A stretch of DNA of 63,282 bases from Chthoniobacteraceae bacterium (GTDB taxonomy: Bacteria; Verrucomicrobiota; Verrucomicrobiia; Chthoniobacterales; Chthoniobacteraceae), in NCBI GenBank assembly GCA_037190965.1, contig JBBCKI010000066.1, forward strand, positions 1 to 63,282, written 5' to 3'. Position numbers and translations under genes: made by a program. The notes under the pieces are model-generated. The model had not been told where the DNA came from and did no database searches. It saw only the letters and a program-made list of their open reading frames with translations. Each line of letters starts with the position of its first letter. Within the stretch, counting starts at the first letter, position 1. Positions 48,532 through 57,903 of this stretch are shown here, in pieces.

Positions 48532-49359
48532 TTAGAGAGCCCGGACGGCACCCACGCGTTTTTGGTTCCACCACTGGAAGGCGTTGACTACCACCACGAT
48601 GACTAGTGAGAAGAGGAGCATGATCAAACCGATCCCTGCCGCTCCCTGGTAGTCGTAATCCTCCAGCTTGGTGACGATAAGCAACGGCGTGATCTCCGTC
48701 TTGAAAGGGAGATTACCCGAGATGAAAACAATCGAGCCGTACTCGCCCACCGCGCGCCCAAAGGCCAGGGTGATGCCGGTCAGGAGCGAGGGAAGCGTCG
48801 CGGGGAAGATGACGCGCAGGAACGTCTGGAGACGGGAAGCCCCGAGCGTTGCCGCCGCCTCCTCCACCTCGTCGGAAAGCGCGAGAATGACCGGTTGCAG
48901 CGTGCGCACCACAAAGGGAAACCCGATGAAGATGAGCGCGAGCAGGATCCCGACCCGATTGTAAACGGCGGATACCCCAATCTTCGCGAGTTGGCTGCCC
49001 ACCCACCCGTTGGGAGCATATAGCGCGGTAAGCGCGATCCCCGCCACCGCCGTCGGCAGCGCAAACGGCAGGTCGATAAGCCCGTCGAGAAACCGCCGCC
49101 CTGGGAAATCGTAGCGCGTCAAGCTCCATGCGGTGATGAATCCGAACACGCCGTTGATCAATGCGGCCGCCAGCGAAATGCCAAAGCTCAACTTGTAGGA
49201 GGCCACCACCCGCGGCGAGGAGACGACCTCCCAAAGGTGGCTCCAGGTGCCATCGAACGCCTTTGCGCCGAGCGCGGCAAAGGGGATCAGGACAATAAGG
49301 GTGAGATAGAAGAGGGTGAACCCAATGGTGATGGGAAACCCCGGAAGGACACGTTTCAT
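48532..49359 (-). CDS. cysT: Sulfate ABC transporter permease CysT
   Basis: VLPGF, DLPFALPTAVAGIAL and GEYGSIVFISGNLPFKTEI motifs. Start moved to ATG 49359. Confidence 0.96.
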   Translation of the reverse strand: MKRVLPGFPITIGFTLFYLTLIVLIPFAALGAKAFDGTWSHLWEVVSSPRVVASYKLSFGISLAAALINGVFGFITAWSLTRYDFPGRRFLDGLIDLPFALPTAVAGIALTALYAPNGWVGSQLAKIGVSAVYNRVGILLALIFIGFPFVVRTLQPVILALSDEVEEAAATLGASRLQTFLRVIFPATLPSLLTGITLAFGRAVGEYGSIVFISGNLPFKTEITPLLIVTKLEDYDYQGAAGIGLIMLLFSLVIVVVVNAFQWWNQKRVGAVRAL

Positions 49360-49372
49360 GGGGAATGAAAAT

Positions 49373-50233
49373 TTAGAGATTCTGCTGGATGGAGAGGAAG
49401 GGGCGGTACTCTTCCAGAATCGCATCGAGCGCCGCAACGGCGGCCTCCACCTGAAGCTCCGAGGCAGCTTCCGCAGGAGTTTCGAAGATGATTTCAAACG
49501 GGGCCGGGTGCAGTTCCCCGGGATTGCAGAGCACCCCATCGTAGCAATGCTGGTGAATGAGGGCATCTTTTGCCGGGAAGCTGTCGATCACCTCGCCGGA
49601 GGCCCGGGGCAGAAACTTTTCAGCCGCCGCAAGCGCCGGTCGGGCCAGCGCCTCCGTCAACGTCGCCCCACGCACAAAAGCATAGACACCGTGGGTGGTG
49701 TCATCGGCATGCAGCGCCACCACCCCCTGAAACGCCAGAACGCCGAGCTCCCGCTCCAGATAATAAACCTCGGGCTGCTTCGATCCCGTCCAGAACTCCC
49801 GGTTGAGATCAAGCCCGTTGCGCGAATGCCGAGTGCGATCTTCCACCCCGGTCGGGTTGCAGACCGGATATACGAAGATCTGGTAGCCGCGCGCCCTGTC
49901 GGGTTCCTTCAAAAGCCGACGAAGAAACTCCACAGCGGCGTGCGCCGTCTCCGGCTCATCGCCGTGGATTGCCGCAAAAACGCCGATCCTCACCGGTTCG
50001 TCGTCCGATCCCGGCCCCAGGAAGACGAAGCGCGGCAGCGCATAAGCCTCCCCGGAGTGGCGAAATGCCCCTATCTCCGAATAGAAAAGATGATCCGACC
50101 CGGCCGCCTCGCGTTGAAGCTCCACCACCGCCGCAAAGACACTGTTCTGTTTCTCACGCATCGTCCCGGCAACATAGTCCACCGGAGGCGACTTGGGCAA
50201 ATTGAGGCTTCTGGGAATGTAGGCGGAACGCAT
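49373..50233 (-). CDS. M14-family metallocarboxypeptidase / succinylglutamate desuccinylase-like protein
   Basis: AAIHGDEPE (HxxE), NPTG, R..RNGLDLNREF, LHAD and FETP motifs. Start uncertain. Confidence 0.88.
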   Translation of the reverse strand: MRSAYIPRSLNLPKSPPVDYVAGTMREKQNSVFAAVVELQREAAGSDHLFYSEIGAFRHSGEAYALPRFVFLGPGSDDEPVRIGVFAAIHGDEPETAHAAVEFLRRLLKEPDRARGYQIFVYPVCNPTGVEDRTRHSRNGLDLNREFWTGSKQPEVYYLERELGVLAFQGVVALHADDTTHGVYAFVRGATLTEALARPALAAAEKFLPRASGEVIDSFPAKDALIHQHCYDGVLCNPGELHPAPFEIIFETPAEAASELQVEAAVAALDAILEEYRPFLSIQQNL

Positions 50234-50267
50234 GGCGAGGCTCACGGAATTCGATTTCTGGAGTGAA

Positions 50268-50301
50268 GGGGCGGCGTTCCTTTTTCGAAGGACGCCGCCC
50301 C
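50268..50301 (-). terminator. Stem-loop after sbp (terminator or mRNA stabiliser)
   Basis: GGGGCGGCGTTCCT-TTTTCGA-AGGACGCCGCCCC, about 12 bp past the sbp stop, with a weak U-tract. Confidence 0.5.
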
Positions 50302-50313
50302 GAGGTTTATCGG

Positions 50314-51309
50314 TTACTTGCCGGGAGTGTAGATCTGGTCGAACACGCCACCTTCGGAGAAGTGGAGCTTCTGGGCCTTTTGCCAGCCGCCAAAATCCTT
50401 ATCAATGGTCACCAATTTGACCTTCGCGAATTGGTTGGCGAATTTCGCCGCGACCTTCTCATCCGTGGGCCGGTAGAAGTTCTTTGCGGCGATCGTCTGT
50501 CCCTCTTCGGAGTAGAGATAGCTCAAGTATTCCTTGGCCAGATCCTCCGTGCCGTGGGCCTTCGCGTTCTTTTCAACCACCGCCACCGGCGGCTCCGCCA
50601 GAATGCTGAGCGACGGCGTCACGATCTCGAAGCCGTCATTCGGGAACTCCTTCAGCGAGAGGTAAGCCTCGTTTTCCCATGCGAGAAGGACATCGCCGAT
50701 CTTGCGCTGCACAAAGGTTGTGGTCGAGCCCCGCGCGCCGGTATCGAGCACCGGCACATTCTTGAAGAGCTTGCCGACAAAATCCTTCACCTTGGCCTCA
50801 TCGTTGCCTAGTTTCTCGGCCGCAAAAGCCCAGGCGGCAAGATAGTTCCACCGCGCGCCCCCGGAGGTCTTCGGGTTGGGCGTAATGACGCTGACACCGG
50901 GTTTCACAAGATCGTCCCAATCCTTGATTCCCTTGGGGTTGCCCTTCCTCACCAGAAAGACAATCGTCGAAGTGTAAGGAGAAGCGTTGTGAGGAAGGCT
51001 CGCCTGGTAGGAAGCCGGGAGCAATCCCTTCTCGGCAATAATGTCGATGTCATAACCCAGGGCGAGGGTCACCACGTCGGCCTCAAGGCCGTCGATTACC
51101 GCGCGGGCCTGCTTCCCGGAACCGCCATGCGATTGCTTCAGCGTCACATCGGCGCCGGTTTTCTCCTTCCAATGCTTGGCAAATACCTTGTTGTATTCGG
51201 CATAAAGCTCGCGCGTCGGATCATACGACACGTTCAAAAATTCCGCCCCGTTGGCGATCCCATACGCTGCCAGAAATGCCGCCGACAAAATTGAAGTTAC
51301 TTTTTTCAT
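50314..51309 (-). CDS. sbp: Sulfate-binding periplasmic protein
   Basis: [34 protein letters not shown] and WENEA motifs. Start moved to ATG 51309. Confidence 0.97.
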   Translation of the reverse strand: MKKVTSILSAAFLAAYGIANGAEFLNVSYDPTRELYAEYNKVFAKHWKEKTGADVTLKQSHGGSGKQARAVIDGLEADVVTLALGYDIDIIAEKGLLPASYQASLPHNASPYTSTIVFLVRKGNPKGIKDWDDLVKPGVSVITPNPKTSGGARWNYLAAWAFAAEKLGNDEAKVKDFVGKLFKNVPVLDTGARGSTTTFVQRKIGDVLLAWENEAYLSLKEFPNDGFEIVTPSLSILAEPPVAVVEKNAKAHGTEDLAKEYLSYLYSEEGQTIAAKNFYRPTDEKVAAKFANQFAKVKLVTIDKDFGGWQKAQKLHFSEGGVFDQIYTPGK

Positions 51310-51349
51310 AATCCGTAATCCGCCTGGTTTGTTTTTTGTTTGAGAAAGG

Positions 51350-51384
51350 GGGGCCCGGCGCCCACACACTAAACGCCGAGCCCC
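51350..51384 (-). terminator. Stem-loop after the porin gene
   Basis: On the minus strand GGGGCTCGGCG ... CGCCGGGCCCC followed by CTTTCT. Confidence 0.4.
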
Positions 51385-51396
51385 AGCTGCTTCGCC

Positions 51397-52902
51397 TTAG
51401 AATTTTACGTTCAGATCGAACTGGATGATCTGGGATGAATTGAAGTTGGCCACCTTCGCTCCCCCGGTCGCCTGGCCGCCGTAGAGATCCTTACGAATAT
51501 TGTCCGCGTTGTAATAAGTCAGCGCGGCTACCGCAAAGTCAGTGAAGTTATAGGCAATTCCTCCCTTGAAACCGCGCAGGTTCGTGCGGCTGCTGCCCCA
51601 CGTCCCTTCGTTGATGTTGGGGTCAAGCGCCGTCAAGCCCACCTGGCGATAGTTGAGGAAGATCGACCAGTCGTTCTTCTTCTTGTTTTCGCCGATCTGA
51701 ATGCCGACCAAATAGGCAAAGTCATCCTGGCTGCTGTGGGTTGCCCCGGGCAGCAGTCGGGTTGTCTTGCCACTGGAGTCCTTGATCGCAATCGGAGCGC
51801 CGGTGAGGCCATAGACCTCCGCCGCGCGGTCCTTGCCCTGGAAGTTGTAGGTGAAGTCCCAAATGAACTTGGTCTTCTTGCCAAACACCTTGAAGGTGAC
51901 GTCACCCGGCACCTGTAGGATCGAGAGATCCCGCGTCTCCCCGACCCATGCCGGCAAGCCGTCGTTGTTCTTGGAGAATGGCGCTACGTTATTGGGGCCC
52001 GCCTTCGCGGCATTGTATGCTAGATAGGCAGGAGCAATTGTCGCTCTGACGTCCTTGTTGAACTTGTAGCTGGCGATCAACTGCTGCTCGAAGATATAGG
52101 CATCCGTCTTGTTGTCGCTATAGAGGTTGTATTCGTTGTTATCGTCGAAAAACAACTGCCCGGCCACGAGAGTCAGTTCAAACGGTGAATCGCTCGACGA
52201 ACTTCTGGAGGTCGCGACCGTCTTTCCGTCCGTCGAAGTCACGACTTCCTCTTTGGAAGATCCCCATCCGAAAAGCTTATGGAACTTGATCTGCTCCACG
52301 ACACCCGACGGGTTGATGTTGCTGTCCCAAACAAGGTCCGTGGTATAGAACGGGTTTGCCTGCTTACCGCCGATGACTGTGCCCCAATCACCGGCATTCC
52401 AGCCCACGAACGCGCGGCTGATGTAGATGCCATAGTTCTGGAAGCCACCGTCCCAGGTCGTATAACCGCTGTCGGGAGTCTGGTTGCTGGCCAAACCGAC
52501 GCCGCCGAACCAGTTGTCACTGAGCTTGAAGTCCGCGTTCAGACGCAGACGGAAACGCCAGCGGGAACGCTGCTCGCCGTTCTCGTTCACGATCTGCCCC
52601 TTCGGGTTCACGTAATACTGCTGCTGCGAGTTGTCCCACTGGTAGCGAAGGCCGATATCGCCATAGAGGGAGAGTTCCTTGATCGGGCCGGTGAGCTTGA
52701 TCTTGTCGGCCGCCGAAGGGGTCTTGTCGAGAATGGAGCCGTTGAGGAGCTGCTTGTTCTCCTCCTCAAGGCGGCTGGTCTTACTCTCGAGCTGGTTGAG
52801 ACGCTTTTTGAGCGCCTCGAACTCCTGGGCAGACTGTCCGTGGGCATGACCCGCGCCGAGGGCGAGAGCAAGGCCCACGGAGAGGATGGGTAGTCTTTTC
52901 AT
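51397..52902 (-). CDS. Putative outer-membrane porin, first gene of the sulfate operon
   Basis: Signal peptide, coiled coil, R.RFRLRL, Y.TDLVWD..INP.G and a C-terminal QFDLNVKF beta-signal. Confidence 0.88.
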   Translation of the reverse strand: MKRLPILSVGLALALGAGHAHGQSAQEFEALKKRLNQLESKTSRLEEENKQLLNGSILDKTPSAADKIKLTGPIKELSLYGDIGLRYQWDNSQQQYYVNPKGQIVNENGEQRSRWRFRLRLNADFKLSDNWFGGVGLASNQTPDSGYTTWDGGFQNYGIYISRAFVGWNAGDWGTVIGGKQANPFYTTDLVWDSNINPSGVVEQIKFHKLFGWGSSKEEVVTSTDGKTVATSRSSSSDSPFELTLVAGQLFFDDNNEYNLYSDNKTDAYIFEQQLIASYKFNKDVRATIAPAYLAYNAAKAGPNNVAPFSKNNDGLPAWVGETRDLSILQVPGDVTFKVFGKKTKFIWDFTYNFQGKDRAAEVYGLTGAPIAIKDSSGKTTRLLPGATHSSQDDFAYLVGIQIGENKKKNDWSIFLNYRQVGLTALDPNINEGTWGSSRTNLRGFKGGIAYNFTDFAVAALTYYNADNIRKDLYGGQATGGAKVANFNSSQIIQFDLNVKF

Positions 52903-52968
52903 GTGTTGCTGATTTCCTAAGTTGGGTTTGTTTTGGCTGCCGAGGCGACCCGCAAGTCGCATCAGTTA

Positions 52969-53016
52969 TGTCTACCAGTTAAGTAGGTTTTCAAATGTCT
53001 ACTATCCTCATAGGAT
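52969..53016. promoter_or_regulatory. Two tandem imperfect palindromes, candidate Rrf2-family (IscR/CymR-like) operator
   Basis: TGTCTACCAGTTAAGTAGGTT (52969) and TGTCTACTATCCTCATAGGAT (52996), 27 bp apart, upstream of the sulfate operon. Confidence 0.5.
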
Positions 53017-53291
53017 TTAGCACAATCATTTTTTTGAAAAACTTCACCCCAACCGGGAGATTGATGCATTTTTCTCTGTAAAATCAAAAAACAAGGGGAC
53101 ATGAGCCCCATCAAAAAAACCCCGATCAAAATCCCACTCACCAAGTATGGAATTCAGAATCACGACCACACAACCGGAAACCGGACTCAAACAGGAAGGC
53201 CCCGCTTTTAACCCTAAAACCGATATTAAAGCCGATGGAAGACTCCTCGCTCCTTTCAATGAAATCCAGGGATGTCACCAATAGCGAGAAT

Positions 53292-53452
53292 GGTGCGGCA
53301 GCACCGGTAGCACGCTCGCACCGTCGAGCGCGGGTATCGGCTCCCGTAGCTTTATCAGCGCGCATCCCAATCACCCGGAGCCCATCCTGCGGGGATGGAT
53401 GCCGAACGCGACTCGAAAAACCATCCCGCGCTCTCGGCGAGAGCGGACTACC
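53292..53452. repeat. GTAG-type REP doublet family A, full copy
   Basis: GGTGCGGCAGCACCGGTAGCACGCTCGCACCGTCGAGCGCGGG ... CCCGCGCTCTCGGCGAGAGCGGACTACC. Confidence 0.88.
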
Positions 53453-53457
53453 TTCCA

Positions 53458-53657
53458 CTCGTTACCAATCTCCAGATTGGTAACGCCCTTGTCTTCAAAT
53501 CTCTGATTCGCACCCCTTGAAGAGTCACCAAGGGTAGCCTCAGAAAAGAAACACGGTGGGAGGTCCGCTTGTAGCAGAGACCGTGTGCGCGAAGTGAGGA
53601 CGCGAAACTGGAGTTTCGCAGGACAGGGGCATTACCAATCCGGAGATTGGTAACGAG
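53458..53657. repeat. Palindromic repeat family C, copy 2
   Basis: CTCGTTACCAATCTCCAGATTGGTAACG ... CGAAACTGGAGTTTCG ... TTACCAATCCGGAGATTGGTAACGAG. Confidence 0.85.
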
Positions 53658-53739
53658 GGAAAGAAGTCGAGACGGCAATGCCGTCTGTGCGGAGGGCGGC
53701 GTTCCGAGACACCGACACCCCCCACTCAACAATCCACCG

Positions 53740-56271
53740 CTAAAACAACGACAACTGAGGCCGTTCGCCGCCTTCGCGCGGCTTTTTCCGTCCGCCGGGC
53801 GGCTTCTCGGCGATGGCCGGTTTGCCGTCCGCGTTCAACTCTGACTGCTCCAGATTACCGAGGATCTCCTTGGCGCGCGCGATGACCGGCGCGGGAAGGC
53901 CCGCGAGGCGCGCCACCTGGATACCGTAGCTCTTGTCCGCGCCGCCCCGCACGATCTTGCGCAGGAAGATGATCTGGTCATTCCACTCCCGCACCGCCAC
54001 GTTGAAGTTCTTGACCCCCGGGCGCGTGATCTCAAGCTCCGTCAGCTCGTGGTAATGCGTGGCGAACAGCGTCCGCGCCTTCACGTCGTCGTGCAGGAAC
54101 TCGGCCACGCTCCACGCGATCGAAAGCCCGTCGAAAGTCGAGGTTCCACGGCCGATCTCATCCAGAATCACCAGGCTCCGCGCGGTGGCGTTGTTGAGAA
54201 TGTTGGCCGTCTCGTTCATCTCCACCATGAACGTCGATTGCCCGCGCGAAATATCGTCGCTCGCGCCGACGCGGGTAAAGATCCGGTCCACGAGACCAAT
54301 CTCCGCCTGCGCCGCCGGGATGAAGCTCCCGATCTGCGCCATCAGCACCAGCAGCGCAACCTGCCGGATGAAGGTCGATTTACCCGCCATGTTCGGCCCG
54401 GTGATGATGTGGAGCCGGTTGGCGCTGCCGTCGAGTTCCACGTCATTGGGAACGAATTTCTCCTCCGCGAGATTCTGATCGAGCACCGGATGGCGACCGT
54501 CGCGCAAATGAATCCGCAGGCCATCGTTCAGGACCGGGCGACAATAGTCAAAAAGCCGGGCCACCTCCGCCAGCGAACAAAGCACATCGAGCGTGGCAAT
54601 GGCCCCCGCCGTCTGCTGCAAGGCGGCCAGATCGTCGAGCACCCGTTCGCGAAGCTCCCCAAAAAGCTCGTACTCCATCGCCCGCGCACGCTCGTCCGCG
54701 CCGAGGATTTTCCCCTCCATCTCCTTGAGCTCCGGCGTGATGAACCGCTCGCCGTTCACAGTCGTCTGCTTGCGGATGTAACTCTCGGGAACGCTCGGGA
54801 GATTTGCCTTGGTGATCTCGATAAAGTACCCGAAGACCGAAGTGTACCGAACCTTCAGCGACTTGATGCCCGTCGCCTCGATTTCCCGCTGCTGGAGCTG
54901 GGCAATCCATTCCTTCCCCTCCCGGCAGGCGGACCGAAGTTCGTCGAGTTGCGGGTTGAAGCCGTCGCGGAAAATCCCCCCCTCCTTGATGGCGATGGGT
55001 GGCTCATCCACGAGCGCCCGGGCGAGTTCCCCGACAAGCTCCGGAAATTCCGCGATTTCCCCCAACAAAGGCTGCGCCAAGGACGGCGCTCCGTCCTTCC
55101 GCCTGAATGAATCGATGGGCCCGCCCTCGGCCAGATTGCCAAGGTGGCAGCGCAGCTCGGGCAGTTGATCCAGCGAATTTTTAAGGGCAAGCAGATCGCG
55201 CCCATTGCCGCCGGATTGGCTGAGCCGCCCTACCGTCCGCTCGATGTCGCGAATCCCCTTGAGCGATTCCCTCAATCCGCCAAGCAACGACGAGTTCCCC
55301 AGCAAATCCTCGACCGTCTGTTGACGCGCCATCAACTCCCCGGCGTCGCGCAGGGGATGGAGAATCCAATGCCGCAGCAACCGCCCGCCCATCGGCGTCA
55401 CGGTGCGATCCAGCGCGTTGAGCAGGCTCATGTTCTTTGAGCCGCGCGAGGCGACCAGTTCCAGATTCGCCTGCGAAGCCGCGTCGACCGTCATGTACGC
55501 GGAGTTCCGATACACCGAGAGGCGCGTGATGTGCGTGGTCTGCCGGCGCATCTGGTGCTTGAGGTAATGCAGAATCGCCCCTGCCGCCCCGATCGCCGCC
55601 GCCATGCCGGTCGCTCCGAAACCGTCGAGGGACTGCACCTTGAAGTGTTCGCGCAGGGTGTAACCCGCCTGCTCCGGCAAAAACGCGTACCCATCGCACT
55701 CGACCACCCCCGAGGCCGAAGCCAGGACGTTCCGCTCCCCTTCCTTCCGCTGATCGCTCACCAGGATCTCCGAAGGCGAAACCCTTGCCAGTTCATCTTC
55801 GAGCGCCCCGGCATCCGACAGTTCCGTGAGGCGAAACTCCCCGGTGCTCAAGTCGACAAACGCAAAGCCGTAGACGCCGCCCAGTTCGCAAACCGCCGCG
55901 AGAAAGTTATTCCGCTTGGCATCCAGCAGGTTCAGGTCGGAAACCGTCCCGGGGCTGATCACCTGGGTCAACTCCCGGCGGACAATTTTGCCCGGCTGCG
56001 CCTCGCCCACCTGGTCGCAGATGGCCACGCGCATCCCCGCCTTAACGAGCTTGGCGATGTATCCGTCCGCCGCATGGAACGGCACCCCGCACATCGGCAC
56101 CTGCCCACGCTTGGTCAACGCAACGTTCAAGAGGGCGGCGGCAGTCTTCGCGTCCTCAAAAAACATCTCGTAAAAATCCCCCAGGCGGAAGAGCAGCAGC
56201 GTGTCGGCGGACAGGGTGCGCCGAACGCTCTGGTACTGCTGCATCATCGGTGTGAGGGTTTCGTCGGACAT
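53740..56271 (-). CDS. mutS: DNA mismatch repair protein MutS
   Basis: TPMMQQY, FRLGDFYEMF, ITGPNMAGKST, STFMVEM, DEIGRGTST and ATHYHEL motifs. Start moved to ATG 56271. Confidence 0.98.
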   Translation of the reverse strand: MSDETLTPMMQQYQSVRRTLSADTLLLFRLGDFYEMFFEDAKTAAALLNVALTKRGQVPMCGVPFHAADGYIAKLVKAGMRVAICDQVGEAQPGKIVRRELTQVISPGTVSDLNLLDAKRNNFLAAVCELGGVYGFAFVDLSTGEFRLTELSDAGALEDELARVSPSEILVSDQRKEGERNVLASASGVVECDGYAFLPEQAGYTLREHFKVQSLDGFGATGMAAAIGAAGAILHYLKHQMRRQTTHITRLSVYRNSAYMTVDAASQANLELVASRGSKNMSLLNALDRTVTPMGGRLLRHWILHPLRDAGELMARQQTVEDLLGNSSLLGGLRESLKGIRDIERTVGRLSQSGGNGRDLLALKNSLDQLPELRCHLGNLAEGGPIDSFRRKDGAPSLAQPLLGEIAEFPELVGELARALVDEPPIAIKEGGIFRDGFNPQLDELRSACREGKEWIAQLQQREIEATGIKSLKVRYTSVFGYFIEITKANLPSVPESYIRKQTTVNGERFITPELKEMEGKILGADERARAMEYELFGELRERVLDDLAALQQTAGAIATLDVLCSLAEVARLFDYCRPVLNDGLRIHLRDGRHPVLDQNLAEEKFVPNDVELDGSANRLHIITGPNMAGKSTFIRQVALLVLMAQIGSFIPAAQAEIGLVDRIFTRVGASDDISRGQSTFMVEMNETANILNNATARSLVILDEIGRGTSTFDGLSIAWSVAEFLHDDVKARTLFATHYHELTELEITRPGVKNFNVAVREWNDQIIFLRKIVRGGADKSYGIQVARLAGLPAPVIARAKEILGNLEQSELNADGKPAIAEKPPGGRKKPREGGERPQLSLF

Positions 56272-56483
56272 GGTCGGGAAAAACGGAGGTTTCGAGAAAA
56301 TTCGACACAGGGTTGTAAGGCGGACAGGGAAAGTCGAGAGCGGAGTTTTCGTGTTCCGCAATTTTGCGACCGTTCTCGCGAAAAAAAACCGCCCGCAAAG
56401 CCTTCCTCGATTGACTTCGGAGCAAAAACGGGAACACTGAAACCATCTATTTCGCGCGCGAAACCCCACCGGCTCAAATCCCC

Positions 56484-57677
56484 ATGACGCCCGACCCCCT
56501 TATCCAGCAGAAGCTGAACTACACGTTCGAGTATCCGGTCGCCTTCACTGAAGATGTCTTCGACCCGGAGAATCCCCTTCTTGCCCGCACCCTAGACCGA
56601 CTAGATGAAAACCGGGTCCACCGGGCCATGGTCTTCATCGACTCCAACGTCGCCGACCTCCTCCCGCAGATCACCCAGCATATCATCCAGTATTTCGAGG
56701 CGTATTCCGATGATATCGAACTGGCCGAAGAACCGCGCGTTATCCCAGGCGGGGAGATCATCAAGAACGACATCGAAGTCGTCGGCCCGCTCATTTCCGC
56801 GATGGTGGACGCCCACCTCTGCCGTCACTCCTTCGTCATCATCATCGGCGGCGGCGCGGTGCTCGACACCGTCGGCTTTGCCGCCGCGCTGGCGCATCGC
56901 GGCATCCGCACCGTCCGGATCCCGACGACCCTTTTCGCACAGATCAACGCCGGAGTCGGCGTCAAGACCGGCATCAATTTCGACGGCCACAAGAATTGCG
57001 CGGGAGCCTTCTCGCCGCCGTTCGCCGTCATCAACGACTGGCAGTTCCTCTACTCCCTGCCGGAACGCGAATGGCTGGGGGGCGTCGCCGAAGCCTTCCG
57101 ACTCGCCCTGTTGCTCGACCCCGAATTCTTAGACGATCTTTGCACCCTGGCCCCGACGCTCTGCCAGCGCCGCTCGGAGGACATCCAGCACGTCGTCCAG
57201 CGCAGCGCCTCGCTTTGCCTCAGCCAGATCGCCTCGCAGAGCGATCCCTTCGAGTCGGTTCCCGGCAACACGCTCGATTTCGGCCGCTGGTCCGCGCACA
57301 AGCTGGAAATGCTTTCCAATTGCGAGATCAGCCACGGCGAAGCGATTGCCGTCGCCGTCCTTCTCGACTGCCTCTACTCGGTAGAGCAAGGGTGGTTCCC
57401 CGAGTCCGACTTCGACCGGCTCTGCACCGCCTTTGCCCAACTCGGCCTGCCTTTCTGGTTCGCGGAGATGGATCTGGTGGGCGAAGACGGCAACCCGGAG
57501 ATTTTCCACGGCATTCCCGACTTTCAAGAGCACAAGGGCGGCATGCTTTGCATCCCCTTCCCCAGCGGCATCGGCAGTTCACGCGTGGAACACATCGTCG
57601 ATCTCGCGGTGATGGAACAAGCCCTTCAACGACTCAAAGCCCTCGCCTCCTCCGGCGTGGAGCTTCACAGCCGTTAA
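56484..57677 (+). CDS. 3-dehydroquinate synthase-like (EboD/sugar-phosphate cyclase family) protein with a degenerate active site
   Basis: GGE..KN, IGGGAVLD.VGFAAA.AHRG.R.VRIPTT, GVGVK.GIN, PPFAVIND, LDFG(R)WSAHKLE and HGEAIA motifs. Confidence 0.85.
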   Translation: MTPDPLIQQKLNYTFEYPVAFTEDVFDPENPLLARTLDRLDENRVHRAMVFIDSNVADLLPQITQHIIQYFEAYSDDIELAEEPRVIPGGEIIKNDIEVVGPLISAMVDAHLCRHSFVIIIGGGAVLDTVGFAAALAHRGIRTVRIPTTLFAQINAGVGVKTGINFDGHKNCAGAFSPPFAVINDWQFLYSLPEREWLGGVAEAFRLALLLDPEFLDDLCTLAPTLCQRRSEDIQHVVQRSASLCLSQIASQSDPFESVPGNTLDFGRWSAHKLEMLSNCEISHGEAIAVAVLLDCLYSVEQGWFPESDFDRLCTAFAQLGLPFWFAEMDLVGEDGNPEIFHGIPDFQEHKGGMLCIPFPSGIGSSRVEHIVDLAVMEQALQRLKALASSGVELHSR

Positions 57678-57724
57678 GCCGGGCCGAACCGCTCTTCGCA
57701 GCCGGTTACCGACGTCCTTATTTC

Positions 57725-57875
57725 CTCGTTCCCAAACTCTGTTTGGGAACGTCCGTGTCTTCGAAACTCCAGTTTCGCAACCCCTGTCCGTTCCGGTACC
57801 CTGCACGAGATAACAAGGCTTTCGAATCAGAGACTCGGGGACAAGGGCGTTACCAATCTGGAGATTGGTAACGAG
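57725..57875. repeat. Palindromic repeat family C, copy 3
   Basis: CTCGTTCCCAAACTCTGTTTGGGAACG ... CGAAACTCCAGTTTCG ... CGTTACCAATCTGGAGATTGGTAACGAG. Confidence 0.85.
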
Positions 57876-57903
57876 GAAAAAGACTGCCTGCGGTCGATGT
57901 AAT

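Noticed and set aside
53292..53720. Possible CRISPR array
   Set aside because: The units are different palindromic families, not identical direct repeats with unique spacers, and there are no cas genes.
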